The position numbers and the translations under genes are program-made. Shown piece by piece: positions 10,449 through 19,412 of a DNA stretch of 64,000 nucleotides; within the stretch, counting starts at the first letter, position 1, and each line of letters opens with the position of its first letter. Source of the DNA: Pseudomonadota bacterium (lineage in GTDB: Bacteria; Pseudomonadota; Gammaproteobacteria; Xanthomonadales; Rhodanobacteraceae); the NCBI GenBank assembly GCA_021815695.1, contig JAKAZT010000001.1, positions 1,233-65,232 of the forward strand. Reading direction: 5' to 3'. Below the pieces are notes generated by a model. The model saw nothing but the letters and a program-made list of their open reading frames with translations, made no database searches and was not told where the DNA came from.

Positions 10449-10483
10449 ATTCTGCCTACCCTACCCCTGAACCCTCACTGGAC
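10449..10483 (-). promoter_or_regulatory. PhoP/OmpR-type direct-repeat box and -10 for the DUF6600-type gene
   Basis: Minus strand GTCCAG-N5-GTTCAG, 12 nt, then CAGAAT; this is PhoP-box promoter geometry. Confidence 0.5.
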
Positions 10484-10493
10484 GCACGCGGCG

Positions 10494-10522
10494 TTGCCTG
10501 TCAACCGATCGCTGGCTAGGAT
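10494..10522 (+). promoter_or_regulatory. Sigma70 promoter for tRNA-Gly
   Basis: TTGCCT-N17-TAGGAT, 12 nt before the tRNA 5' end. Confidence 0.6.
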
Positions 10523-10534
10523 GTCGACGCCGTC

Positions 10535-10608
10535 GCGGGTGTCGTCTAGTGGCAAGACAACAGCTTCCCAAGCTGTGAATGTGGGTTCGATTCCCATCAC
10601 CCGCTCCA
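10535..10608 (+). tRNA. tRNA-Gly (anticodon CCC)
   Basis: Acceptor stem GCGGGTG/CACCCGC, anticodon arm ACAGC-TTCCCAA-GCTGT, GGTTCGATTCC T-loop, encoded CCA; 74 nt. Confidence 0.97.
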
Positions 10609-10667
10609 CCCCGCATCCGTTGAGCGCCCAGGGTCCGGCCGGCAGGCGCCCCGCGCGGCCCCGGCGC

Positions 10668-11579
10668 ATGAAACTCGCGGTCCTGTCGCGCAATCTCCGC
10701 CTCTATTCCACGCGCCGCCTGGTCGAGGCGGCACGTGCGCGCGGCCACACGGTGCGCGTGCTGGACCCCTTGCGTTGCTACATGCGCATCGCGCCCGCCG
10801 GATTCGCCCTGCATTACCGCGGCCGCGCGCTCAGCGGCTTCGACGCGGTGATCCCGCGCATCGGCGCATCGATCAGCTTCTACGGCACCGCCGTGCTGCG
10901 CCAGTTCGAGCTGATGGGCGTGGTCACGGCATCGCCTTCCGACGCGGTGCTGCGCGCGCGCGACAAACTGCGCTGCCTGCAACTGCTGGCCGGCGCAGGC
11001 GTGCCGATGCCGCAGACGGTGTTCGGCGACAATCCCGACGACACCGCCGATCTGCTGGCCATGCTCGGCGACGCGCCGCACGTGATCAAGCTCAACGAGG
11101 GCGCGCAGGGCCAGGGCGTGGTGCTGGCCGAAAAGCGCAGCGCGGCCCAGAGCGTGATCGAGGCCTTCCGCGGTCTCTATGCCAACTTCCTGGTGCAGGA
11201 GTTCATCGCCGAGGCGGATGGCCGTGATCTGCGCTGCTTCGTGGTCGGCGAGCGGGTGGTCGCGGCGATGGAGCGCTGCGCTGTCAGCGGTGATTTCCGC
11301 GCCAACCTGCACCGTGGCGGCAGCGCCAGCGCCGTGCGGCTGAGCACAGCCGAACGCCGCCTCGCCCTACATGCCGCCGCCGTGCTCGGACTCGGTGTCG
11401 CCGGGGTCGATCTGCTGCGCTCGGCGCGCGGCCCGCTGCTGCTCGAAGTCAATGCCTCGCCGGGACTGGAAGGCATCGAGGCCGCCAGCGGCGTCGATGT
11501 GGCGACAACGATCATCCGTCACGTCGAGCGCCTGGTGCGTGATCACCGCGGACCGTCGGCAAAAGCACGAAAAGCATAG
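10668..11579 (+). CDS. rimK: RimK-family alpha-L-glutamate ligase (ATP-grasp)
   Basis: [70 protein letters not shown]. Confidence 0.94.
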   Translation: MKLAVLSRNLRLYSTRRLVEAARARGHTVRVLDPLRCYMRIAPAGFALHYRGRALSGFDAVIPRIGASISFYGTAVLRQFELMGVVTASPSDAVLRARDKLRCLQLLAGAGVPMPQTVFGDNPDDTADLLAMLGDAPHVIKLNEGAQGQGVVLAEKRSAAQSVIEAFRGLYANFLVQEFIAEADGRDLRCFVVGERVVAAMERCAVSGDFRANLHRGGSASAVRLSTAERRLALHAAAVLGLGVAGVDLLRSARGPLLLEVNASPGLEGIEAASGVDVATTIIRHVERLVRDHRGPSAKARKA

Positions 11580-11623
11580 TACGAAGGATTTCGTTGACAA
11601 TTGCCGCAGGAGCCTTCTAGGAT
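11580..11623 (+). promoter_or_regulatory. Sigma70 promoter with overlapping palindromic operator (candidate BlaI-family site)
   Basis: TACGAA-GGAT-TTCGTT (11580-11595) overlaps TTGACA (11594-11599)-N18-TAGGAT (11618-11623). Confidence 0.6.
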
Positions 11624-11686
11624 CGGCGCACACACGGCAAGGGCACCAGATCGGCGCCGGCGCCAATCCTGAAGGGGACATGCATC

Positions 11687-12190
11687 ATGACTCGATCGCA
11701 TCATGGCAAAGGCTGGGCACTGGCATTGACGATCCTGCTCGGAGCGTTCGCGCTGACGGCGCGGGCGGACACGCCCGAGCCGCCGATCACCCAGCCGCAG
11801 ACCAAGGACCAGTTCGCGGCCGTCGTGGCGGCCATCCAGCAGCAAATGGACAAGGGTGGCCACTATCAGTACGTGCGCCCCGACGAACGCACCACCGTGC
11901 AGGGCAAGCTGGCCGACATGCAGTCGATCTTCGACAAATTCGGCACCGTCGCGCAGATGGACGTCGCGTCGAAGACGCAGCTTTACAATGATCAGGAGCA
12001 GATCAATTCGATCCTGACCCACAACGACAGCCGGCGCGTCATCTGCCAGCGCGAAATGCCCACGGGCTCGCATCTGCCAAAAACCGTATGCCGCACTTTC
12101 GGGCAATTGATGCAGGACCGGGCCAACGCTCAGTACACCATGGATACGCTCAATACCGGCAACCGTGTCCAGACCAAGGGCGGCGGCTGA
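11687..12190 (+). CDS. Secreted hypothetical protein with a C-terminal C-x5-TGSH-x5-C motif
   Basis: Signal peptide (..ALTARA), helical core, VICQREMPTGSHLPKTVCRT; coding-like codon usage and an upstream GAAGGGGA SD. Confidence 0.8.
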   Translation: MTRSHHGKGWALALTILLGAFALTARADTPEPPITQPQTKDQFAAVVAAIQQQMDKGGHYQYVRPDERTTVQGKLADMQSIFDKFGTVAQMDVASKTQLYNDQEQINSILTHNDSRRVICQREMPTGSHLPKTVCRTFGQLMQDRANAQYTMDTLNTGNRVQTKGGG

Positions 12191-12200
12191 TCCGGCCCGC

Positions 12201-12226
12201 GGGAGCCGCCCGGCAGGACGGCTCCC
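12201..12226 (+). terminator. Hairpin after the secreted-protein gene
   Basis: GGGAGCCG-N10-CGGCTCCC; no U-tract, so probably leaky or stabilising. Confidence 0.45.
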
Positions 12227-12251
12227 GGCGCATTCGCGGCAATCGACCCCG

Positions 12252-12647
12252 ATGACCAAGCGTCTTGACCCGACCAGGCCGACCGAAGCCGAACTGGAAA
12301 TCCTGCATGTGCTGTGGGCACGCGGTCCCAGCACGGTGCGCGACGTGCACGACGCGCTCTATCGCGATCAGGGCGGCGGCTACACCAACGCGCTCAAGCT
12401 GCTGCAGGTGATGCATGCCAAGGGTCTGGTCGTGCGCGACGACGCGCAGCGCGCGCACATCTATCGCGCAGCCCACAGCAAGGGACGGACGCAGCGCCGG
12501 TTCCTCAACGATCTGGTCGCTCGCGTGTTCGATGGCTCGCGCGCCGAGCTCGTGCTGCAGGCGCTGGGCGGGCAACGGGCAAGCCGCGACGAAATCGAAG
12601 CCATTCGAACCCTGCTTGACCGTCTCGACAAGGAGTCGCCGCCATGA
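12252..12647 (+). CDS. BlaI/MecI/CopY-family transcriptional repressor
   Basis: PTEAELEILHVLW.RGPSTVRDVH, YTNALKLLQVMHAKGLV.RD, RAHIY, FDGS..LVLQAL. Confidence 0.93.
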   Translation: MTKRLDPTRPTEAELEILHVLWARGPSTVRDVHDALYRDQGGGYTNALKLLQVMHAKGLVVRDDAQRAHIYRAAHSKGRTQRRFLNDLVARVFDGSRAELVLQALGGQRASRDEIEAIRTLLDRLDKESPP

Positions 12648-14341
12648 ACACCTGGTCGGCAGCGCTCGCCACCGCGATCCATGTCTGTGGCTGGACCTTG
12701 CTGCACTCGCTGTGGCAAGGGGCGCTGATCGCGGCAGCCTACGCCGCATTGCGCGGCAGCATGCCCCGGGGCAACGCGCGTTACGCGCTGGGCCTGGCCG
12801 CGCTGCTCGCGCTTGCACTGATCCCCTTGTGGACGGCGTGGCAACTGGCGACCTCGACACTGCCGAAGGGCACCTCCGGCCTGCTGGCCGTCATGGGCGG
12901 GACTGCGGTGGCAGCGACCACGTCCGGCGATCGCCTGTCGCTGGCGGCGGTGACCAATGCCGCGTTGCCCTGGCTGGTGCTGACGTGGTGGGCCGGCGTC
13001 AGCTTGCAGGCTTGGCGCGCGCTGCGCGAGTGGCAGCGTCTGCGAGCCCTGCTGCGGCGCGCGGTGCCGCTGCCCGACTGGCAGGCACGATTTGCATCGT
13101 TGCACCGACGCCTCGGCCTGCGCGGCGAGGCTCTCCTGCTCGGATCCGGAGCTTCCATCGCGCCGCTCGTGATCGGCTGGCTGCGTCCGGTGGTACTGCT
13201 TCCGCTGGCCGTGGCGAGCGGGTTCCCGCCGGCCGAGGTCGAGTTGATTCTGGCCCACGAGCTGGCGCATATCCGCCGCCTCGATCCGCTGGTCAATCTG
13301 CTGCAGGTTGCCCTGGAAACGCTGCAGTTCTATCACCCCGCGGTGCACTGGATCTCGCGCGACGTGCGCCGCGAGCGCGAAGTCTGCTGCGATGCGCTGG
13401 CCCTGGCTGCCAGCGGCGCGGCACGCCGCAACTATCTCGCCGCCCTGTTGCGACTGGAGCAGTCGCAAAACACGCCCTTGGTGCTCGCCGCCAGCGGCGG
13501 CGTGCTGCTCGAGCGCGCGCAACTGATCGCCGGGTTCAGCGAGTCCAGGCGAACGTCCAGCGCTGCGCTGCGCATGACGCTGCCGCTGCTGCTCCTGCTC
13601 GCCGCAGCCGCGGTCCTGCAATGGCCGCATGATCGGCAGATCGCACAAACCGGCATCACCATCCCGGCCGCGCTGGCCGCACCTCCCCTGCCGGTCTGGA
13701 ACTGGCCGCGCATCAGCATGGTGCAGGCACCGCCGCCACGACTGCACCTGAAAGCGGCCATGCTCGCGACCGTGGCAACGCCCGTTGCCGCGGCGCCGAC
13801 GCCAGCCGCGGTGCCGGCCAGACCCGCTGCCACAGCCGAAACCGCATCAGCGCCGCCATCTCCACGGTCGCTGCCTGCAGCGGCGCCGGGAGACACCGTG
13901 TCGTCACCGATCACGCAGGCCGACACGGCGCCCGCCAACGCCACACCGGCAGCCCCGCCCCGCGTGCTGCACGTTCAGCAGCCGGTCTACCCGGACCTCG
14001 CCGCGCGACGCGGCATCCAGGGCACGGTGGTACTGGAATTCGCGCTCAGGACCGATGGCCGCATCCGCGACGCGCGCATTGTCAGCGCCGATCCCGCCGG
14101 GGTGTTCGATGCCGCGGCACTGGCCGCGCTGCGCGGCTGGCGTTTCGCCCCTCCGACGGCCGCGATGCTGCATGCGCGCTACCGTCAGGCCCTCGAATTC
14201 GCCCTGACTCCCGCCAGCATGGGCGCACAGCGCACGCTGCCGGCCGTCGCGAACTGCCGCATCGTGACCGGATCGCATATCTGCCGGGCGCCCGAAACCG
14301 ATGCCGATGCCGGTCTCGCGCAGGACTTGCTGCACCACTGA
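12644..14341 (+). CDS. BlaR1-like M56 metallopeptidase fused to a Pro/Ala linker and TonB C-terminal domain
   Basis: GWTLLHSLWQG, ILAHELAHIRRLD (HExxH), FYHPAVHW, REVCCD; then QPVYP..A.RRGIQGTVVLEF..DG.....F..AAL.A.R.WRF (TonB_C). Confidence 0.92.
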   Translation: MNTWSAALATAIHVCGWTLLHSLWQGALIAAAYAALRGSMPRGNARYALGLAALLALALIPLWTAWQLATSTLPKGTSGLLAVMGGTAVAATTSGDRLSLAAVTNAALPWLVLTWWAGVSLQAWRALREWQRLRALLRRAVPLPDWQARFASLHRRLGLRGEALLLGSGASIAPLVIGWLRPVVLLPLAVASGFPPAEVELILAHELAHIRRLDPLVNLLQVALETLQFYHPAVHWISRDVRREREVCCDALALAASGAARRNYLAALLRLEQSQNTPLVLAASGGVLLERAQLIAGFSESRRTSSAALRMTLPLLLLLAAAAVLQWPHDRQIAQTGITIPAALAAPPLPVWNWPRISMVQAPPPRLHLKAAMLATVATPVAAAPTPAAVPARPAATAETASAPPSPRSLPAAAPGDTVSSPITQADTAPANATPAAPPRVLHVQQPVYPDLAARRGIQGTVVLEFALRTDGRIRDARIVSADPAGVFDAAALAALRGWRFAPPTAAMLHARYRQALEFALTPASMGAQRTLPAVANCRIVTGSHICRAPETDADAGLAQDLLHH

Positions 14342-14370
14342 TGGCCGCAGGCCGCACGGCAGGACATGCT

Positions 14371-14425
14371 TTAACGCGAGCCTGAAACCCGCTTAACGTC
14401 CATTTAAAGACCGCCGGGTTACAAC
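14371..14425 (+). promoter_or_regulatory. Four 11-bp-phased direct repeats (OmpR/ColR-type boxes) and a -10-like element
   Basis: TTAAC (14371), CTGAA (14382), TTAAC (14393), TTAAA (14404), then TACAAC at 14420; an AT-rich island upstream of the sRNA and response regulator. Confidence 0.55.
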
Positions 14426-14428
14426 GTC

Positions 14429-14549
14429 TGCACTGTAGTCGTGCAGCTCGAGTCCTGCTCAGGTCTGGTGTCTGGCTGATTACGGTAATCGGGGCAGTAG
14501 CTTGAGCCCGGCGCGGTCGTCCCCCACGGTCCCCGCCGGGCTTTTTCTT
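14429..14549 (+). ncRNA. Small RNA, sX9-like (C-rich loop, intrinsic terminator)
   Basis: Stems CTGCAC/GTGCAG, GATTAC/GTAATC and AGCCCGGCG/CGCCGGGCT enclosing TCCCCCA, followed by TTTTTCTT. Position ahead of a ColR-like gene matches my recollection of Xanthomonas sX9. Confidence 0.6.
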
Positions 14550-14644
14550 GTCCGCGAAGCGCGCCGCGCACGCCGCCGCCACGGCACCATCGATAATCGC
14601 TACTCTTGCGCTGGCGCGGCCTGACTGCCGCGCGGAGAGATCTC

Positions 14645-15314
<670 letters not shown>

Positions 15315-15334
<20 letters not shown>

Positions 15335-16634
15335 GCTGCGCAGCCGCATCTTCATCTCGTTCGCGCTGTTTGGAATTGCCCTGACGTCGCTGTTTGCGGC
15401 GAGCGCGATTTATTTGCGCGACCGGCTCGAAAATCAGCTGCTGGGCAATTCGCTGGAGCGCAATCTCAACGGCTACGCCAAGGCGTTTTACGCCGACCCG
15501 GACGTGCCGATCCAGCTGCCGCTGGACAAGGTCAGCGGCATTGTCTACAGCCAGCGCAAGTTCTCCAACGTGCCGTTTGCCTGGCGAGACCTCGGCAACG
15601 GCGTCCACGACATCACCGAAGCGCGGCCGGACGGCAGCATCGAGGAATACAAGCTGGGCGTCCGCAAGGACCCGCATTACTGGTTTTTCGTCAAGTACGA
15701 CAGCTCACAACTGCTGAAAAGCCAGCAGCGCCTCAAGTACGCGCTGATCGCAGTCGTGATCGTCTTCGCCGCACTGTCCGTGCTTATCGGCGCTTGGCTG
15801 TCCATGCGCGTGATCAGCCCGGTCACCAATCTCGCCCAGCGCCTGCGCACTTCGCGCCGCAGCGGCGCGCTGCAGCCGCTGGCGCCGCATTTCGCCGACG
15901 ATGAGGTCGGCGAGCTGGCGCGCGCGCTGGACGACTATGCCGCGCGACTGACCGGGCTGGTGCAGCGCGACCGCGAATTCAACGCCGACGTCAGCCACGA
16001 ACTGCGCACGCCGCTGGCGGTGATCGCCAGCACGGTCGAGCTGATGCTGTCCTCGCCCGACCTCAGCGACAAGCTGCGCGAGCGCCTCAAGCGCATCGAG
16101 CGCGCATCGCGGCAGGCGGCCGAGATGATCGAGGCGCTGCTGCTGCTGTCGCGCGCCGAACGCCAGGGCCCGGTGAACGGCGAGACCACCGACGTCGCCC
16201 GGGTGGTCGCCGACGTGATCGAGTTGCAGCGCCCGCAGCTGGGCAGCAAGGCCGTGCACGTGCGCTTCGAGATCGAGGCGCCGCTGGCGGTCAACGCGCC
16301 TTCCTCGGTGGTCTCGGTGGCACTGGCCAACCTGATCGGCAACGCCTTCAAGTACACCCAGGCCGGCGACGTGCGGGTTCGCGTGCAGGCCGAGCGCGTG
16401 ATGGTCGAGGACTCCGGTCCCGGCATCAAGGCCGAGGATGCCGAACACCTGTTCGAGCGCGGCGTGCGCGGCGAAGGGGCCGCCGGCAAGGGTGCGGGCC
16501 TCGGCCTCGCCATCGTGCGACGCCTGTGCGACCTCTACGGCTGGGGCGTACGGCTGGCACCGCGGCCGGAGGGCGGCGCCGTGGCGATCCTCGACTTTGT
16601 TCCAGCCCCCGCGGCAGCCGCACGCGGCCCGTAG
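15315..16634 (+). CDS. Sensor histidine kinase (ColS-like; HAMP-HisKA-HATPase)
   Basis: Two TM helices, DEVGELA, FNADVSHELRTPL, NLIGNAFKYT, DSGPGI, GAGLGLAIV. Confidence 0.95.
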
Positions 16635-16638
16635 CGCG

Positions 16639-17562
16639 TCAGAGGACCACCGGCTCCAGCCAGCCCCAGCGGTCTTCGGTGCGGCCGTCGAACAGACCGA
16701 AGAACAGCGCCTGCAACTGCCGCGTCAACGGACCGGCCTTGCCCGCGCCGACCGTCTTGCCGTCCACCGAGCGGATCGGCGTGATCTCGGCAGCCGTACC
16801 GCACATGAACACCTCGTCGGCGAGGTAGAGGTATTCGCGCGGCAGGTCGCGTTCGACGACCTTGATGCCGGCCTGTTCGGCCAGCGTCATCAGCGTGTGT
16901 CGGGTGATGCCGTTGAGGATCGCGGCACTGATCGGCGAGGTGTGCAACGCGCCGTCGATCACCAGGAACAGATTCTCGCCGGCGCCCTCGCTGAGCAGAC
17001 CGGTCGAGGCCAGCGCGATGCCCTCGCCGAAGCCGAGCCGCCGTGCCTCGCGCGCGATCAGCTGACCGGAAAGATAATTGCCGCCGGCCTTGGCGCCGGC
17101 CGGAATGGTGTTGGGCGCGAAACGCTGCCAGCTCGACACGCAGGCGTCGATGCCCTGCTCCAGCACGCCGTCGCCGAGATAGGCGCCCATCGGCCAGGCG
17201 GCGACCGCGACATCGGTCGGACATTCGGCGGACAGTCCGAAGCCGCCCAGACCACGGAAGGCGACCGGACGGATGTAGGCGGCGCCGAGACCGTTGGCCT
17301 GGATCACCGCGCGGCAGGCGGTGGCGATTTCTGCGCGCGAATACGGCATCGGAATGTCGTAGATGTGCGCCGAGTTGAACAGGCGCTTCACGTGTTCGGT
17401 CAGGCGGAAGATCATCGGTCCGCGCGGCGTGGCGTAACTGCGGATCCCCTCGAAGACCGACGACCCGTAGTGCAGCGCGTGCGCCATCACATGGGTGGTG
17501 GCTTCGGCCCAGGGCTTGATCGCACCGTTGTGCCAGATGTGCTCGGGGTACTGCTGCGCCAT
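16639..17562 (-). CDS. ilvE: Branched-chain amino acid aminotransferase
   Basis: HALHYGSSVFEGIRSY, AYIRP, AKAGGNY, SEGAGENLF, LNGITR, EVFMCGTAAEITPI. Confidence 0.97.
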   Translation of the reverse strand: MAQQYPEHIWHNGAIKPWAEATTHVMAHALHYGSSVFEGIRSYATPRGPMIFRLTEHVKRLFNSAHIYDIPMPYSRAEIATACRAVIQANGLGAAYIRPVAFRGLGGFGLSAECPTDVAVAAWPMGAYLGDGVLEQGIDACVSSWQRFAPNTIPAGAKAGGNYLSGQLIAREARRLGFGEGIALASTGLLSEGAGENLFLVIDGALHTSPISAAILNGITRHTLMTLAEQAGIKVVERDLPREYLYLADEVFMCGTAAEITPIRSVDGKTVGAGKAGPLTRQLQALFFGLFDGRTEDRWGWLEPVVL

Positions 17563-17606
17563 GGTCCGTGCTCCGCGGAAAACGCGCCATGATAGCGGCT
17601 CGTCGA

Positions 17607-17697
17607 GCGGTGGGCGGGGACCGGGGACCGGGGAGAGCGCAAATCCGTTCGGTCAAGGCGCAGGCTTCGTCCCGAGTTCCGGCTGCCGACTCTCGGC
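17607..17697. repeat. Inverted heptamer-repeat cassette with no cargo
   Basis: G-rich heptads GCGGTGG GCGGGGA CCGGGGA CCGGGGA (17607-17634), 35-nt spacer, C-rich heptads TCCCGAG TTCCGGC TGCCGAC TCTCGGC (17670-17697). Confidence 0.6.
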
Positions 17698-17699
17698 GA

Positions 17700-18266
17700 T
17701 CAGGGCTGCAGCCACCAGCAGCCGTCGCTGTCGCTGAGCGCGAAGGCCGCGCTGCTGCCGTCCTCGGCAGTGATGTTCAATTGCAGCGGGCCATCGGAGA
17801 CGCCGATCGTGCTCGCGGGCGCGGGCACGCTTGCCGACATCGGGACATTCACCAGGGCGGGCGCCAGCGCAAGGTCGTTGATCGGCTGCCGCACCAGGAT
17901 CGTCAGGCGACGCAGGACATCCTCCGCGCCGCGCTGGGTATCTCCGTTCCACAGCATCAGGCCGGCGAGTTTGTTGACATCACGTTCCTGCAGAGCCGCA
18001 GCGACACGGTCACGCAGCTCCTGCGGCGACAGCGGGCAGACATGCATGGAGGGGCCCGCGAGCGCCGCCGATCCGGCCAGCGCCGGTGCCATCACCAGTG
18101 ATTCGTCGGCGCAGGGCTTGGCGGTGAACACCGGCTCGCCGTCGCGGCCGATGCAGCGATGGATCGACTGCGGCTGCGGCTGCGCCGCCGTGGCCATCGC
18201 CATCGGCGCCCGGGACGGGATTGCCGACAGGCCGATGATGAACAGCACGGCAGGCAGCGTGCGCAT
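17700..18266 (-). CDS. Secreted hypothetical protein (DUF4124-like N-terminus)
   Basis: Signal peptide; IHRCIGRDGEPVFTAKPC motif; C-terminal GCWWL. Confidence 0.8.
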   Translation of the reverse strand: MRTLPAVLFIIGLSAIPSRAPMAMATAAQPQPQSIHRCIGRDGEPVFTAKPCADESLVMAPALAGSAALAGPSMHVCPLSPQELRDRVAAALQERDVNKLAGLMLWNGDTQRGAEDVLRRLTILVRQPINDLALAPALVNVPMSASVPAPASTIGVSDGPLQLNITAEDGSSAAFALSDSDGCWWLQP

Positions 18267-18303
18267 GCCGCAAGCTTAGCCGGCCGGCCGCCATCCGGCG
18301 TTC

Positions 18304-19182
18304 TCAGCGCAGGCGCTCCAGTACCGCTTCGGTCGGCCTGGCAAGATTCAAGGTGTAGAAGTGCAGCTCGGGCGCGCCGCCCTCGAGCAGGCGTCGGCAC
18401 ATGGCGGCGACCACGTCGGCGGCAAACGCGCGGATCGCTGCGCCGTCATCGCCCCAGGCCTGCATGCGGCGCACGATCCAGCGCGGGATCTCGGCGCCGC
18501 ACAGCTCGGAAAATCGGCGCAACTGGGTGAAGTTCGCGATCGGCATGATGCCGGGCACGATCGGCACGTCGACGCCCAGTTGCCGCGCCTCGTCGACGAA
18601 ACGGAAATAGGCGTCGGCATTGAAAAAATACTGCGTGATCGCACCGTCGGCACCGGCCTCGACCTTGCCCTTGAAGTGGCGCAGGTCGATGTGCGCATCG
18701 TCGGCCTGGGGGTGGGTTTCGGGATACGCCGCGACCTCGATGCGGAAATGCCGGCCATGCTCGGCGCGGATGAAACGCACCAGGTCCGCGGCGTAGCGGA
18801 AATCGCCAGTCGTGGCCATGCCCGAGGGCAGGTCGCCGCGCAGCGCCACGACCCGGGTGCAGCCGACCGCGCGATAGCGCGCCAGCAGCTCCGCGATCTC
18901 CAGCCGCGTCCCGCCCATGCACGACAGATGCGGCACCGCATCGAGTCCGTGCTGCTCGCGCAGCAGGCGCACGGTGTCCGGCGTGTAGCTGAGTGTCGAA
19001 CCGCCGGCACCAAAGGTCACCGAGACGAAACGCGGCGCATGCGCCTTCAACCGCACCAGCGTGCGCTCGAGCTGCTGCCGCTGCTCGTCGGTCTTGGGTG
19101 GGTAGAACTCGAAGGAAACGGGAGCCGGGAGCCGGGAGCCGGGAGCCGGAGAGCCTTGCAACAAATCACTCATGCCAGTCAT
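18304..19182 (-). CDS. metF: Methylenetetrahydrofolate reductase
   Basis: SFEFYPPKT, FVSVTFGAGGST, VALRGDLP, VAAYPETHP, AITQYFFN, PIVPGIMPI, LHFYTLN. Start is ATG 19182 or 19173; the N-terminus includes heptamer repeats. Confidence 0.96.
   Translation of the reverse strand: MTGMSDLLQGSPAPGSRLPAPVSFEFYPPKTDEQRQQLERTLVRLKAHAPRFVSVTFGAGGSTLSYTPDTVRLLREQHGLDAVPHLSCMGGTRLEIAELLARYRAVGCTRVVALRGDLPSGMATTGDFRYAADLVRFIRAEHGRHFRIEVAAYPETHPQADDAHIDLRHFKGKVEAGADGAITQYFFNADAYFRFVDEARQLGVDVPIVPGIMPIANFTQLRRFSELCGAEIPRWIVRRMQAWGDDGAAIRAFAADVVAAMCRRLLEGGAPELHFYTLNLARPTEAVLERLR
19120..19155. repeat. Heptamer tandem repeat (GGGAGCC)x4 + GGAGAGCC, inside the metF 5' coding region
   Basis: Directly visible; encodes GSPAPGSRLPAP on the minus strand. 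Confidence 0.9.
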
Positions 19183-19412
19183 TCCTGCCATGCCTTCGAA
19201 GTGACGAGAGCGCAGAGCATCGCCGCCAAGCGCTGGATGGATGCATGCAATTTCGCGGTCTGCCCGACAAAGCCCGGATCGCGCGCGATCCAGCAGCATT
19301 CGGCATCCGGAAATGCGGCTGGCACGCGATGGGTCTCGCGCGCCAGCCGCATGGATTCCTTCCACACATCGAGACCGTGGTGCAACGGCGGCGCGGCTTT
19401 CCCGCTACTCAT
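19179..19412 (-). pseudogene. Internally deleted four-helix-bundle (23S rRNA IVP/Avd-like) protein gene
   Basis: HHGLDVWKESMRLA..T.R...FPDAE matches the family N-terminus (..L.VW..SM.L...Y..T..FP..E) and IA.D.GF...MLCAL matches the C-terminus. The conserved core (YGLT.Q.RRAAVSIPSNIAEG) is absent; only 77 aa. Confidence 0.7.

Noticed and set aside
10535-14341. tRNA-Gly as an integration site for a genomic island
   Set aside because: No integrase, no visible duplicate of the tRNA 3' end and no composition shift; rimK follows directly.
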